The position numbers and the translations under genes were made by a program. Positions 1-10,144 of a stretch of DNA of 64,000 nucleotides are shown in pieces (within the stretch, counting starts at the first letter, position 1; each line of letters begins with the position of its first letter). The stretch spans positions 672,001-736,000 of the forward strand of contig CBDUPA010000001.1 of NCBI GenBank assembly GCA_965368975.1. The letters run 5' to 3'. Source of the stretch: an uncultured bacterium (GTDB lineage: Bacteria; Acidobacteriota; Thermoanaerobaculia; Multivoradales; JAHZIX01). The notes beneath the pieces are model-generated. The model was given only the letters and a program-made list of their open reading frames with translations. It searched no databases and was not told where the DNA came from.

Positions 1-1
1 G

Positions 2-235
2 CTGCCGTCCTTCTTTGTGCCTCCCTGGGACGAGGTTCCTGAGACCTACCGCTTGACGCGCAATGGAGCGGCCCGCGTGACACCGGATTTGCTCGTCACC
101 CGCCTGCAGCTACTCGGTCAACGCAGCTGCTTCTATGCGAAGACGGTCTTCAAGATGTCTCGGCGATTCGTCGGGCGACTGTGGGAGCGGCTGCCCGTCG
201 GGAGGAGCGCCCCCGTGCGGCCGGCGCAAGCCTGA
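2..235 (+). CDS. 3' end of a hypothetical protein (truncated at window start)
   Basis: Frame +2 is open from the window edge to TGA at 233-235 and converges on the ECF gene; no recognisable motif. Confidence 0.4.
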   Translation: MPSFFVPPWDEVPETYRLTRNGAARVTPDLLVTRLQLLGQRSCFYAKTVFKMSRRFVGRLWERLPVGRSAPVRPAQA

Positions 236-251
236 GACGAGCGTTTGCGGT

Positions 252-968
252 TCAACTCTCGGCAGCTGGGGCCTTCTGAGCTGGGGGCCCCAGCTTCTGC
301 CGCAGCCAACCCTTGGCGCGCAGCCAGTCTCGGTGCACCGTACGCACCGAAACTTGTAGCGCCTCTGCCGTCTCCTCTTTCGAGTAGCCGGCAAAGAATT
401 GACACTCGACCACCTGGCACATGCGCTCATCCAGCGCGCGCAGTTGCTCCAGCGCCTGATCGACCGCCAGCACGTTCGCTGCGTGCTCCTCATGGGCTAC
501 CAGTGACCGCGTTAGCTGATCCTCTGCGATCCGGGCCTCCTCCAGCGGCTCGGGCCGCTGTCCGGCGCCCTTCTTCAGGCTCAATCTCCGCCGTGCGGCA
601 TCCACCAAGATGTGCCGCATCGCCTTGGCGGACGCGGCCAGGAAGTGGGCTCGATCTTTCCAGCCCTTCTGCTGGTGCGCGAGTTTGACGAACGCTTCGT
701 GCACCAAGCCGGTGGTGTTCAGCGTCTCCCACGGCTTCAAGCGCCGCAGCTCGAAGTGGGCCAGCCGCCGTAGATCCTGGTAGAGGAGAGCTACCGCCTG
801 ATCTAGCGCGGATGCATCGCCACCTCGGTGCGCGTCCAGGAGGCGCGTGATCGAGCTGCCGGTCGTCTGAAAGGGCAGAGATGTCTGAGAGGGCGAAGAC
901 TCGCTACCGGCGGGGGAGCCAGCCGAGAGGTCACGAGGCCGGGGGGATTCAGGAGGAGGCTTGGACAT
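252..968 (-). CDS. ECF-type RNA polymerase sigma factor (TIGR02999-like)
   Basis: ITRLL..HRGGD, LYQDLRRLA, TLNTTGLVHEAFVKL, HFLAASAKAMRHILVDAARR, and C-terminal HTH ETAEALQVSVRTVHRDW. Confidence 0.9.
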   Translation of the reverse strand: MSKPPPESPRPRDLSAGSPAGSESSPSQTSLPFQTTGSSITRLLDAHRGGDASALDQAVALLYQDLRRLAHFELRRLKPWETLNTTGLVHEAFVKLAHQQKGWKDRAHFLAASAKAMRHILVDAARRRLSLKKGAGQRPEPLEEARIAEDQLTRSLVAHEEHAANVLAVDQALEQLRALDERMCQVVECQFFAGYSKEETAEALQVSVRTVHRDWLRAKGWLRQKLGPPAQKAPAAES

Positions 969-1025
969 TGCGCCTGGAGTCTCGTCCCGTCGGATTCGGT
1001 AGCACGGGTCGTGCGGGACAGTACG

Positions 1026-2141
1026 TCAGCCGCGACCGCGTATCGCCTTGAAGCCGACGAGCTTGCCGGCCTCTTCATCCCACAGCTTGAGCCCGGCACA
1101 CTTCAGGCTCTCGAGCAAGGTAAACCTGGTCACGTGCTGGAGTTCCGGGTTCTCTTCCATGCAGCGCTTCAGGTAGTAGTTGGGGATGCGGCTCGAGAGG
1201 TGGTGGATGTGATGGTAGCCGATGTTGCCGGTAAACCAGTGCATCACCGGGTGCAGGTCGAAGAACGAGCTTCCTTCGGCGCCGGCGCGGTGGAAATCCC
1301 ATTCCGGGTGGCGTTCCCAGTAGGTGTCCTCGAACTGGTGCTGGACGTAGAACAGCCAGATGCCGAAGGCGCCGCCGATCAGCACGATCGGGCCGTGCAC
1401 CATGAGGCCAGCCTGCAGGCCGATGGTGAAGTACATCACGGTGCCCGCGGCCACCAGCGCCACATTGGTCCACAGCACGCTGCTCCATTCCTTCTTCCAC
1501 TTGAAAGGGATGTCGAGCGGCAGGCGGTGCTTGATCACGAACTGAAAGAGCGGGCCGATGGCCAACAGAACGAACATGTTCCGGTACAGCCGGTAGCCCA
1601 GGCGTCCCATGGGGCTGCGGGCGAGGTACTCGTTCACCGTCAAGGTGCGGATGTCGCCGTACTCCCGGTGATCGAGATCACCAGCGGTGGCGTGATGGAT
1701 GGCATGCGTGCGGCGCCAGTACTGGTAGGGGAAGAAGGTGATCACGCCGAGCACGAAGCCGACCGCATTGTTGAGCCGGGCGGACGGGAAGAAGGCACCG
1801 TGGCCGCAATCGTGCTGGAAGATGAACAGCCGCGTATAGAGGCCGGCCGCGGGTAGCGCCAGCAGCAGCGTCAACCAGTAGCTGACACCTAGGCTGAGGT
1901 ACATCAGCCACCAGTTGGCCGCGAACAGCGCCAGAGTGCTGCCCAGCTGCCAGCTGGCAGGTCCCCAGGCTGCCTTCTTGTAAGGGCCGAGGATCTGAGC
2001 CCAGGTCCGCGCCGTGGTCGGTGCCTCGGCGGTGCTTTGGCGAGCTGTTGGAGCGCTGGGGGCCTTACCGGCCGGGCCGGAAGCGATGCTGGGCCCAGCT
2101 GGCGCGACGGAAGCGGGTGTTGCAGTCAAGGTCGTGTCCAA
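1026..2141 (-). CDS. Membrane-bound fatty acid desaturase (Bacillus Des-like)
   Basis: Three His boxes HDCGH, HAIHH and HHIHH, plus YVQHQFE and TM segments. Confidence 0.92.
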   Translation of the reverse strand: MDTTLTATPASVAPAGPSIASGPAGKAPSAPTARQSTAEAPTTARTWAQILGPYKKAAWGPASWQLGSTLALFAANWWLMYLSLGVSYWLTLLLALPAAGLYTRLFIFQHDCGHGAFFPSARLNNAVGFVLGVITFFPYQYWRRTHAIHHATAGDLDHREYGDIRTLTVNEYLARSPMGRLGYRLYRNMFVLLAIGPLFQFVIKHRLPLDIPFKWKKEWSSVLWTNVALVAAGTVMYFTIGLQAGLMVHGPIVLIGGAFGIWLFYVQHQFEDTYWERHPEWDFHRAGAEGSSFFDLHPVMHWFTGNIGYHHIHHLSSRIPNYYLKRCMEENPELQHVTRFTLLESLKCAGLKLWDEEAGKLVGFKAIRGRG

Positions 2142-2304
2142 GAGAATCCCTTCGATAGCGATGGTGGGCTGGGTACCCAGCGCGAACTTCGCACCGGCTA
2201 CAGGACTACCCTAGCCGTAATCTCTGTCGTTTTCCGTCAGGCCTTGGTCAGAAACGTCACGGACGCCCAGATTTCAGCTCCAAGAAGCCCGCGGCGCCAG
2301 GGTT

Positions 2305-3555
2305 TCAAGCAGCCGTTCGCTGGTGGGCTCGTAGCTGGTTCTCGAAGCGGCGAGCGTAGATCCGCTTCATCGCCTTCAGCTTCAGTGTCTGCCAGCGATA
2401 CCGTTTGGGGCTGAGTTCGGCACATTCTTCGGGCAGCATGACCAGGCTGACGTGGACGTTGGGGGCACAGCCGATCGGCAGGCCACGTTCCATGCAGGCC
2501 TCGTAGAGGCGGCGAAAGACCGGCACGATGTCCTCGGTGCGCGGGGGTTCGCGATCTTCCAGGTCGGTCCCTTGGAGCGGGCGGAAGACGCACACTGTTG
2601 GGATGCCACCCACGGAAGTGATCCAGTCGATCGCGCGCATCGAGGACTCCGCCGGCTCCAGTCCGGCGATGATCTCGCCGTTCGACACCCAGGGCTCGTC
2701 GCGGGGGCCGCGCTTGCCGAGGTCGGCGCAGTAGCGGATCGCCTCCAGATAGTGGTCGAGGCCATACTCGCGGTGCTTGCCAGGGCAGATCTCTTCGAAC
2801 AGCTGTCGATCGAAGATCTCGAAGCAGAACGAAACCCGGTTGACGCCGATCTCGCGCAGCTGGTCGTAGCGCTTCAGGTCTCGGTGTGGTGGCGTTTGGA
2901 CCCCCACCAGCAGCCCCAATTCCTGCTTGATACGCACGATGTAGGGTTCGAGCAGATCCAGGTAGGTGTCGCCCGCGTAGTGGCCCGTGTTGAAGTCGAC
3001 ATAGGTGATCCCAGACTCTTCGCGCGCCGTCCGGATCACTTCGAGCACTTCTTCGACAGACTTGTCGTCGCTGTCGTCGACGCCCAGGTTGAGCCCCACC
3101 GAGCAGAACTTGCAGTTGACCCGCTGCGGTTTCTCGGTCCAGTACTCGCACACCTTCGCCTGGTAGATGCCGAGGTAGGTGCCTTGCAGCGTGCCGATAC
3201 GCGTCATCAGCTTGCCGGAGCTGGTCTTGGCGTCGTACCAGGCCGGACGAGGCGATAGCTGGGGCTCGGTGACGAACTCGCCGTTCCAGTTGAGCTGGTA
3301 GCGGCCATCTTGGCTGCGCTGCAACAAGTACGGGGAGTCCGCGGCGAAGAACTCGGTCACCGGGGCGTTGGTCCACAGACCGTCGCCGCGGCGTCGCGGC
3401 AAGATCAGCTCCAGGCCGCTGCCAAGACCGGCGCGGGTGCGCAGAATCGGCCGGCCACCGTCGTCGGTGACGTAGCAGGAGTCGTCGAGGCGTAAGCCCT
3501 TGCAGTAGAGATCGAGCTTGAGCAGGGCGGGGTTGGTGCGCAGGTCGCTGAGCAT
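2305..3555 (-). CDS. Radical SAM protein with non-canonical CX11CX2C motif
   Basis: CEYWTEKPQRVNCKFC; TIM-barrel-like segments (VNRVSFCFEIFD, ICPGK, EIIAGLEP, FRPLQGTDL); GGAG RBS supports ATG at 3555. Confidence 0.8.
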   Translation of the reverse strand: MLSDLRTNPALLKLDLYCKGLRLDDSCYVTDDGGRPILRTRAGLGSGLELILPRRRGDGLWTNAPVTEFFAADSPYLLQRSQDGRYQLNWNGEFVTEPQLSPRPAWYDAKTSSGKLMTRIGTLQGTYLGIYQAKVCEYWTEKPQRVNCKFCSVGLNLGVDDSDDKSVEEVLEVIRTAREESGITYVDFNTGHYAGDTYLDLLEPYIVRIKQELGLLVGVQTPPHRDLKRYDQLREIGVNRVSFCFEIFDRQLFEEICPGKHREYGLDHYLEAIRYCADLGKRGPRDEPWVSNGEIIAGLEPAESSMRAIDWITSVGGIPTVCVFRPLQGTDLEDREPPRTEDIVPVFRRLYEACMERGLPIGCAPNVHVSLVMLPEECAELSPKRYRWQTLKLKAMKRIYARRFENQLRAHQRTAA

Positions 3556-3601
3556 GGGGGATCTCCTTATCGATCCGTGGCGGGCCGCACTGGCTTCTAG
3601 T

Positions 3602-5473
3602 CTACTCCTCGCGCTGTCCCTCGGGGGCCGGGTAGTCGAAGAAGAGCCGCTGGCGATCGGGCACATCCAGCACTTCGCTGCGTTGACCTCCCAGCCACAC
3701 GACCGAGACCTCGGTGGTCGTGTCTGCGCTCACGGTGCCCAGACCGAAGAGAAGTTCCGGAGCATGGCCGGACGCGAAGGAAACGTCGGCGCCCCACCAG
3801 GCGATCTGGCGCCGACCGCCGTGGACGACTTCGACGCGTGCGCCAAAGGTACGAGCCGCCGGGCCGCGCAGGCGCACGGCGAGCCAGCTGTGGTCGTGGG
3901 CCAGATCATTGCGCAGCAGCAGCGGCTGCCCGCGATTGACCGCCACCGCCAGGTCGACATCACCATCGCCGTCATAGTCCGCGGCGGCCAGGCCGCGGGC
4001 GACGTGCGGCTGGGTCAGCGCGGGGCCGGCTCGCGATGCCAGGTCGGCGAAGCCGTCGCCGGTATTCCAGAAGACGAAGAGCGGCTGCGGCACGAGTCGA
4101 GGTGGTGATGGGGCTGGTGCCCCGGTTTCCAGGGTGCTGCCGTTGGCGACCACCAGATCTCGACGCCCGTCCAGGTCGAGGTCGACGAAAGCACAACCCC
4201 AGCCGACGCGACTGGTGGAGATCTCACCCAAGCCCAGGGACCGCGTCTTGTCGCGGTACTCCAGGCCCTTGGCGCCGATCCGCAGCGCTTGGTACAGGGC
4301 GTTCTCCTGCGCGACCCAATGGGTGACGAAGAGGTCGGGCAGGCCGTCGCCGCCGGCCTCCCCGTGCGCCAGGTCGGTGACCGAGATGCCCATCGAGCCG
4401 CGGGGATCGGCGGTGCCGGTATAGGAGCTGGCATCCTCGAACAGGGCCTCGCCGAGGCGGGCGCCGAGGTTGAGCAGCAGGGCGTTGGGCGAGACGTCGT
4501 TGGCGATGTACAGGTCCAGCCAGCCGTCCCCGTCGAGGTCGACGGCGGTGGCCGCCAGGCTGCGGCCGCCGGGGTTGCTGGCGCCGCTCTCCAACGCGAC
4601 ATCCTCGAACCCTCCGGCTGGCAGCTGGCGGTAGAGGCGGTTGGGCTGGGCGCTGAAGGCATTCGGGTTGAGGCTCAGCGGAATGCCCTGCCAGTTCGGG
4701 TCGTCGCCGGTCAGCTCGCGCATCCTGGTGCCGATGTCGGTACCGATGTCGACGTAGTTGGCCACGTACAGATCGAGGAGGCCATCGCGGTCGAAGTCAC
4801 CCCAGGTGACACCGACGGACCATCGTGGGTCGTCAATGCCGAGTTCGCTGGCAACTTCTTCGAAGGTGCCGTCGCCGCGGTTGCGAAACAGGCGATTGGG
4901 GCCCCAGTTGGTGACGTAGAGGTCGAGGTCGCCGTCGTCGTCGAAATCGGCGAAGCTGGCACCCATGCCGAAGCCCAGGGGGTCGGCGGTGCCGCTGGCC
5001 CTGGTGACGTCGGTGAAGCTCGTACCATCGTTGCGGTAGAGCCGGTTCCAGTCGGTGCCACCGTCAGCGTTGGCCTGGCCGGCGGCATCTGGGCTTTGTA
5101 GCTTCGGATCCCCGGGGAAGTTGACCACGTAGAGATCGAAGTCGCCGTCGCCGTCGATGTCGCCCCAGGCCAGACCGGAGCCGGTATCTTCCGGCAGAAT
5201 GCGGCTGCGCTCGCCGGCGCCGTGCCGCATCCGGATCGCGAGTTCGGCGGCGGCATCGTGAAAGGTCAGCGCCGGCGCGTCGTCTGGGATCTCGGCCACG
5301 GACGAGACGGTCACCGCGTCGCGCGTGTCCAGCAATTCGGCCTGCCGGGCCTGTTGCAGCCAGTAGCCGCCCAACGCCACCACGGCCAGGCCGGCTGCGC
5401 TCAGTGCGAGCGAGAACCGGATGCGCCGCTGGCGGCGGCTGAGCGCGGGGCGGGGCGACACCGGTGCCCTCAA
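3602..5473 (-). CDS. CRTAC1/ASPIC-UnbV family FG-GAP repeat protein with N-terminal membrane anchor
   Basis: Repeated DxDGDGDxDLYVxN motifs; NRLYRN/NRLFRNRGDGTF; C-terminal ASPIC-UnbV signature (GARVEV..SFASGHAPELLFGLG). Start is approximate (TTG overlapping the upstream stop, or GTG at 5461). Confidence 0.88.
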   Translation of the reverse strand: MRAPVSPRPALSRRQRRIRFSLALSAAGLAVVALGGYWLQQARQAELLDTRDAVTVSSVAEIPDDAPALTFHDAAAELAIRMRHGAGERSRILPEDTGSGLAWGDIDGDGDFDLYVVNFPGDPKLQSPDAAGQANADGGTDWNRLYRNDGTSFTDVTRASGTADPLGFGMGASFADFDDDGDLDLYVTNWGPNRLFRNRGDGTFEEVASELGIDDPRWSVGVTWGDFDRDGLLDLYVANYVDIGTDIGTRMRELTGDDPNWQGIPLSLNPNAFSAQPNRLYRQLPAGGFEDVALESGASNPGGRSLAATAVDLDGDGWLDLYIANDVSPNALLLNLGARLGEALFEDASSYTGTADPRGSMGISVTDLAHGEAGGDGLPDLFVTHWVAQENALYQALRIGAKGLEYRDKTRSLGLGEISTSRVGWGCAFVDLDLDGRRDLVVANGSTLETGAPAPSPPRLVPQPLFVFWNTGDGFADLASRAGPALTQPHVARGLAAADYDGDGDVDLAVAVNRGQPLLLRNDLAHDHSWLAVRLRGPAARTFGARVEVVHGGRRQIAWWGADVSFASGHAPELLFGLGTVSADTTTEVSVVWLGGQRSEVLDVPDRQRLFFDYPAPEGQREE

Positions 5474-7575
5474 CCCCCGCTGGCCGCGGCGTCGCGCGTG
5501 TGCGGTGCGTCCGGCAAGCTCAGGGTACGACTGGCTTCGGCTTGTGTGACGGTGGGTTGGAACACGCCCGTGCTCTCTTCCAGGCCGGGCAAGACGAGGT
5601 CCAGAAACTCCTGCCGGTAGCGCCGGTAGTTCAGCTTCGCCACCAGCGTGATCGGACCGGTCGCGTCGCGAGGGAGTGCCAGTTGGTAGACGTGGGAGTC
5701 CGAGTAGGCCGGGAAAACGACGCGTGTTCCTTTGCCTCCAGCCTTGTTCCACAGCTCGTGCCGCTTGAGAACGTTGCCGGCTTCGTCGACCGGCAAGGAC
5801 TCGAGCACCAGGGTGTCGGGGGCGTCGATGTCGTGCTCGCGCCCGCCCGTGCCCAGAATACGGCGGCTCTCCGGGTCGATTGCCCCCCACTCCGCCAGCA
5901 CCTGTCCGTTGCCGTCGAGGGCGCGCAGGTGCACCCACGAGCGGATGAAGTCGAGCGGGCCGGTGATGAAGTTGTGTCCCGCCTTGCGGTTGGTGACCAG
6001 CACCCGCACCTCGACGCTCTGGCCCGCTGCTGCCTGCTCGGGCGCCACGATCTGCAGTCCGACGACGGGTCCTGCCGGCCACAGGTGGGCGATCTCCGGC
6101 AGTACGTTTTCGCCGCGCACCCATTGTTCGGTCAGTTGAACTTGCTCCTGCCACTGTGGCAGACGCAACAGCGCCGGCATGAAGTTGTTGGTGGCGATGA
6201 AGCCGTGATGGCGATGAGCGCCATCGTCGGCGCCACGCCGCCGGTCCTCGGCTTCACCGTGACTGGGGTCGCGCGAGTCGTAGACCAGCCGCATGTGGCA
6301 GTCGCGACAGGCCAAGTCGGTTTCCGGGTCGTCGCTGTGCCAGTGGCTGTTCTTCCACTCGTCGTACTGGTTCTGACCGCTGACCAGGCCGAAGCGGTTG
6401 AGCGCTTCCGGGATGAACTGCTTGTGGCAAGCACCACAGTACTCCGGGGTTCGCAAGACACCCCGGTCGTAATCCTCCAAGTGCTGGCGAGGATACGCAC
6501 GGATCAGAAAGTCAGCCACGATCTTGTCCCAGCCGCGACCTAGCTCTCCCAGGTACTTGACTGGTGGCGTCAGCACATAGTCCGCGTTGCCCCGCTGGTC
6601 GACCTGCGAAATGGCGTGGCACGCCACGCACGAGATGCCTTCGTTGACGCCGGGTGCCGACAGGCTCTGGTTGCTCATGTCCTTGGCACCGGCGAAGAGT
6701 GAGATGGGATCGTGGCAGCCCGCGCAGTAGCGCGTCTCCGTGGCTTCTCGCTGCTCGGCGAAGAGCTTCTGGACCGCCTGGAACGGTGGATTCATCGCGG
6801 CGAAGCGGTGAGCGCTGGGCTCCCACTCGGCGAGAATCTCCTCATGGCAGCCGGAACTGCCGCAGGAAGCGGAGCCGGCCAGCAGCGCCGGCTCGACCAG
6901 TTGCAGGCTCTCGGTGCGGGCGTAGGTGGGGGCGAAGGGATTGCCCCGGTACTCGTCGAATTGCTGGGCGTACGTTGGCAGGCTGTAGTCTTCCGGCACC
7001 GCATGCTGAAAGTTGTGCCGTGGCCACCACAGGACCGTGGCCCCGAGGATCGCCAGCACCACCACCAACTGGACGCTGCTTCGTCGCGGCAGCGCCAGCA
7101 GCGCAGCGCGCAACGGCATGTCCCGTCGTGCTGCCGGCCAGCGGCGCAGGAAAGCGAGCAGTACGTGGCCGATCGTCAAGGCCGTCACCGCGAGGCCGGA
7201 GACCAGGTGGACGAGATCCCAGAATGCGGACAGGCGGGGGCCAAAAGCTGCATTCGCGGCGTTGACCAGGCCGCTGACCAAGGCTACGAGTACGCCCGCC
7301 AGCAGCACATAGCCGAGAACCATCTCGGCCGTCGCCTTCTGCCGCCACCAGTCACCCACATGACGCCACAGGTAGCGAGGCACGAGCAGGACGATCAGCA
7401 ACCCGACCGCGGTGTGGATCAGCACCAGGAGCTGTGAGAACACCGAGAAAGGGCCGAGAAACAGCCACAGGCCGGAGACACCGAGCAGTACCAGGGCCGC
7501 GCTGATGGCGGCGGCGAGCCACCAGCTCCAACCTCGCAGCGCCAGATCTCGTGCTGTCCGTTGCTCGTTGCCCAT
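5470..7575 (-). CDS. Membrane-anchored multiheme c-type cytochrome (c554-like) with N-terminal His-bearing TM domain
   Basis: CAGCH, CVACH, CGACH, CRDCH and atypical CGSSGCH; about 5 N-terminal TM helices, several with His. Confidence 0.85.
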   Translation of the reverse strand: MGNEQRTARDLALRGWSWWLAAAISAALVLLGVSGLWLFLGPFSVFSQLLVLIHTAVGLLIVLLVPRYLWRHVGDWWRQKATAEMVLGYVLLAGVLVALVSGLVNAANAAFGPRLSAFWDLVHLVSGLAVTALTIGHVLLAFLRRWPAARRDMPLRAALLALPRRSSVQLVVVLAILGATVLWWPRHNFQHAVPEDYSLPTYAQQFDEYRGNPFAPTYARTESLQLVEPALLAGSASCGSSGCHEEILAEWEPSAHRFAAMNPPFQAVQKLFAEQREATETRYCAGCHDPISLFAGAKDMSNQSLSAPGVNEGISCVACHAISQVDQRGNADYVLTPPVKYLGELGRGWDKIVADFLIRAYPRQHLEDYDRGVLRTPEYCGACHKQFIPEALNRFGLVSGQNQYDEWKNSHWHSDDPETDLACRDCHMRLVYDSRDPSHGEAEDRRRGADDGAHRHHGFIATNNFMPALLRLPQWQEQVQLTEQWVRGENVLPEIAHLWPAGPVVGLQIVAPEQAAAGQSVEVRVLVTNRKAGHNFITGPLDFIRSWVHLRALDGNGQVLAEWGAIDPESRRILGTGGREHDIDAPDTLVLESLPVDEAGNVLKRHELWNKAGGKGTRVVFPAYSDSHVYQLALPRDATGPITLVAKLNYRRYRQEFLDLVLPGLEESTGVFQPTVTQAEASRTLSLPDAPHTRDAAASGG

Positions 7576-7624
7576 GTCGTTGCTCCTGTGTTGTCTAGGT
7601 TGCGAGTGAGCGCTTGGGCTCCGG

Positions 7625-8224
7625 TCAGAAGGCGTTCAGCACCAGCGCCAGATCCTCGCCGATGGCGCGCAAGTTGCGGTTCATCAGCTCGACGTAGCCA
7701 CCACCGCCCAGACCCACGCCCGAGCGTCGTTCCTGCGTGATGCGCAGCAGCACCGCACCGGAACGCCCGTCCTTGACCACGATGCTCAGCTTGGTGCGCG
7801 CGGCTCCAGCGCCAAACCCGGCCCAGTAGCGCGCGGCCCGCGAACCTGGGTCGCATTCCAGAACGATGGTCTCGACCACCAATCCGTCGCGCCCCTTGCC
7901 TTGCTCGATCGTCACGCCTTCCATTTCTTCGCGCAAGCCGCGAACCAGCGAGGGCTCCGGACTCGCCAGCACCTGCAGCACCGGTTCGTAGGTGTTGTCA
8001 TCTTCTTCAGGTAGCTCGGTTTCCGATGAGTCGAACTTGGCGATGTAGATCTTGGGGTAGTCGGACATCGAGAAGGTCTGGACGATTTCCAGTTGATCGA
8101 TGTCTCCCTTCCAATCTTCGTACTCGCCCGGCTCCGTGCTCGCGCGCTTGCGCCGGGCATCGGCGGCGGCAGGGAGCACCAGAGCCAGCACCAGCAAGGC
8201 AACAACAGATCGGTGCAGCTTCAT
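7625..8224 (-). CDS. Secreted DUF4410-like protein
   Basis: Signal peptide; GSRAARYWAGFGAGAA motif. Confidence 0.7.
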   Translation of the reverse strand: MKLHRSVVALLVLALVLPAAADARRKRASTEPGEYEDWKGDIDQLEIVQTFSMSDYPKIYIAKFDSSETELPEEDDNTYEPVLQVLASPEPSLVRGLREEMEGVTIEQGKGRDGLVVETIVLECDPGSRAARYWAGFGAGAARTKLSIVVKDGRSGAVLLRITQERRSGVGLGGGGYVELMNRNLRAIGEDLALVLNAF

Positions 8225-8368
8225 CGGAAATCTCCTTCGTCAAGATGTCTGTGGATGAGATCCCAGTTTACCTCAGTCAGGTTTGGGATGTCCTCCCTCT
8301 CAGTCCACGAACCGGAGTTTGTCCCGCCACGGCTCTGGTATCTTCATTTTGGACCTGAGGAGACTGCC

Positions 8369-8695
8369 ATGCCCTACGACGAAGGCCTTGCCCAACGCAT
8401 CCGCGAAACTCTCGACCCTCCCGGCCTCACCGAGAAGAAGATGTTCGGCGGTCTCTGCTTCCTCCTGCACGGCAATATGTGCGTGGGGGTCACCGGTGAG
8501 GAGCTGATGGTGCGCGTCGGCCCCGGCGCCTACGCCGAGTCCCTGGCGCAGCCACACGCGCGCGAGATGGACTTCACCGGCAAGCCGCTCAAAGGCTTCG
8601 TGTTTGTCGCGCCGGAGGGCTTCGAAGACGATGAAGACCTACGAGCCTGGATTGAGCGTGGGGCTGCCTTTGCTTTGTCTCTGCCCGAGAAGTAG
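8369..8695 (+). CDS. TfoX/Sxy N-terminal domain protein
   Basis: MPYDEGLAQRIRE, EKKMFGGLCFLLHGNM, MDFTGKPLKGFV; GAGGAG RBS. Confidence 0.88.
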   Translation: MPYDEGLAQRIRETLDPPGLTEKKMFGGLCFLLHGNMCVGVTGEELMVRVGPGAYAESLAQPHAREMDFTGKPLKGFVFVAPEGFEDDEDLRAWIERGAAFALSLPEK

Positions 8696-8709
8696 CGTAC
8701 TGGACGAAG

Positions 8710-9072
8710 ATGGATCGGGACAAGAACCGAGAGGTGGGCGGGAAGAAAGGAAGCCAACACCTGATCTTCGGCGCGCTCGACGGGCAGCCCATCGAGCCCA
8801 CGCTGGAGAAGGTGCAGCAGATGCACGCCGTGGCGCTCGAGCTGCGCGGGACGCTGTTCGAGGTCCCGGCCGGCTGGAAGATGGTGCCGGTGCCGACGGA
8901 TTCGCGTTTGCTGAGGGTCAAAGTGCCTCACGGTGAGACCTGGATCTGGGATCCGAGGGCACCGGAAGCGCCGACCCTAGCGCGGTGGATGGGCGGGGTC
9001 GGGATCTACCCAGATGAAGACGAGGGGCTGTTCCTGCACGTCGACGCGCGGGGGTTCAGAGCTGACTGGTGA
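8710..9072 (+). CDS. Hypothetical protein; last ~27 aa resemble a peptidase M15 C-terminus (possible chimeric remnant)
   Basis: Ends GGVGIYP...FLHVDARGFRADW; the upstream M15 Zn ligands are not evident. Confidence 0.45.
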   Translation: MDRDKNREVGGKKGSQHLIFGALDGQPIEPTLEKVQQMHAVALELRGTLFEVPAGWKMVPVPTDSRLLRVKVPHGETWIWDPRAPEAPTLARWMGGVGIYPDEDEGLFLHVDARGFRADW

Positions 9073-9087
9073 GGTCGGGGCTTCTGA

Positions 9088-9993
9088 TTACTCAGAAGGT
9101 TCGCAGGGCCAGTGATCTGGGCGGGGCAGACCTTCGGGAAGTTTGGTTTCTTCGTCACCACAGGCAGAGTCTAGTTGTACCTGAGTGAGGTCATAGGCCC
9201 CGCGCAGGTCCGCAGATCTCAGGTTCGCCTCACCCAGGTCCGCCCCGCTCAGGTTCGCCCCGCCCAGATCCGCCAAGACCAAGTCCGCCCCGTTCAGAGT
9301 CACCTCGCCCAGGTCCGCCAAGACCAAGTCCGCCCCGAGCAGGTTCGCCTCTCTCAGGTCCGCCCCGATCAAGTCCGCCCCGTTCAGAGTCACCCCGCCC
9401 AGGTCTGCCCCGCGCAGGTCTGTCCCGATCAGGTACGCCCCGTCCAGGTCCGCCTGGCTCAGGTCTGTCCCGATCAGGGTCGCCCCGCTAAGGGCCGCCC
9501 CTACCAGGGTCGCCTCGCCCAGGTCCGCCTCGCTCAGGTCCGCCGCCATCAGGTTCGGCCGAACCCCTCGCCCCTGCTCAATTTCGACGAACGCCAACAC
9601 TGCTTCTTGCCGAGCCCGGACAGTCGCCTTCGGCCTGCACTCGGTCCGCTCTGCCTCGCCTACCGCTAGCGCCCCAGCCGGACTCGAAGAGGCATCGCAG
9701 ATTTCGCCGTAGATGATGGCAATCAGCTGCGCGCGCCGAACGATCAACGTGTCCGGCTTCTGCTCGTTAATCTCTTCTCGCTGCTGGCGGACCTGAGTTT
9801 GTGTCTGCCAGCTCTGCACCACAAGGACAAGGAAGCCCAGTGCAGCAACCACCGTTGCTCCCAGCTCTACATAGAACTGCCTCTTCACGGCCCGCGCCTG
9901 CTCGGTCTGGAGCAGGCGGATCGCCGCTTCAAACGCTTCTCGCGTTACGGCCTCCACGGACTGCGCCGCCTCAGGCCTGAACAGCTTCCTCAA
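9088..9993 (-). CDS. Pentapeptide-repeat protein with one TM helix
   Basis: Over 20 A[D/N/T]Lxx repeats (15-bp DNA periodicity); terminal LTQVQLDSACGDEETKLPEGL; start uncertain. Confidence 0.85.
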   Translation of the reverse strand: MRKLFRPEAAQSVEAVTREAFEAAIRLLQTEQARAVKRQFYVELGATVVAALGFLVLVVQSWQTQTQVRQQREEINEQKPDTLIVRRAQLIAIIYGEICDASSSPAGALAVGEAERTECRPKATVRARQEAVLAFVEIEQGRGVRPNLMAADLSEADLGEATLVGAALSGATLIGTDLSQADLDGAYLIGTDLRGADLGGVTLNGADLIGADLREANLLGADLVLADLGEVTLNGADLVLADLGGANLSGADLGEANLRSADLRGAYDLTQVQLDSACGDEETKLPEGLPRPDHWPCEPSE

Positions 9994-10144
9994 GAGAATA
10001 GTTTAGTTAGTTACCAGCTCTGCAAGCTTCACTGCCGCTCCTAGTTGGCCACTTCGACGACGTCGGGCTGTGAAGTAGAGATAGGTCACCTCCTGTACCT
10101 CTGCTAGGATTCCGTCCCAACCTTTAGAATAGGCGGAGTATCTC

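Noticed and set aside
3602-5473. UnbV homolog as a sign of an enediyne cluster
   Set aside because: No PKS or other enediyne core genes in the window; the domain is widespread
5474-6154. N-terminal extension of the ASPIC-UnbV ORF
   Set aside because: Overlaps the cytochrome gene in another frame; Arg-rich off-frame translation
9210-9560. 15-bp periodic DNA repeats as a CRISPR or VNTR
   Set aside because: Explained by pentapeptide-repeat coding; no unique spacers and no cas genes
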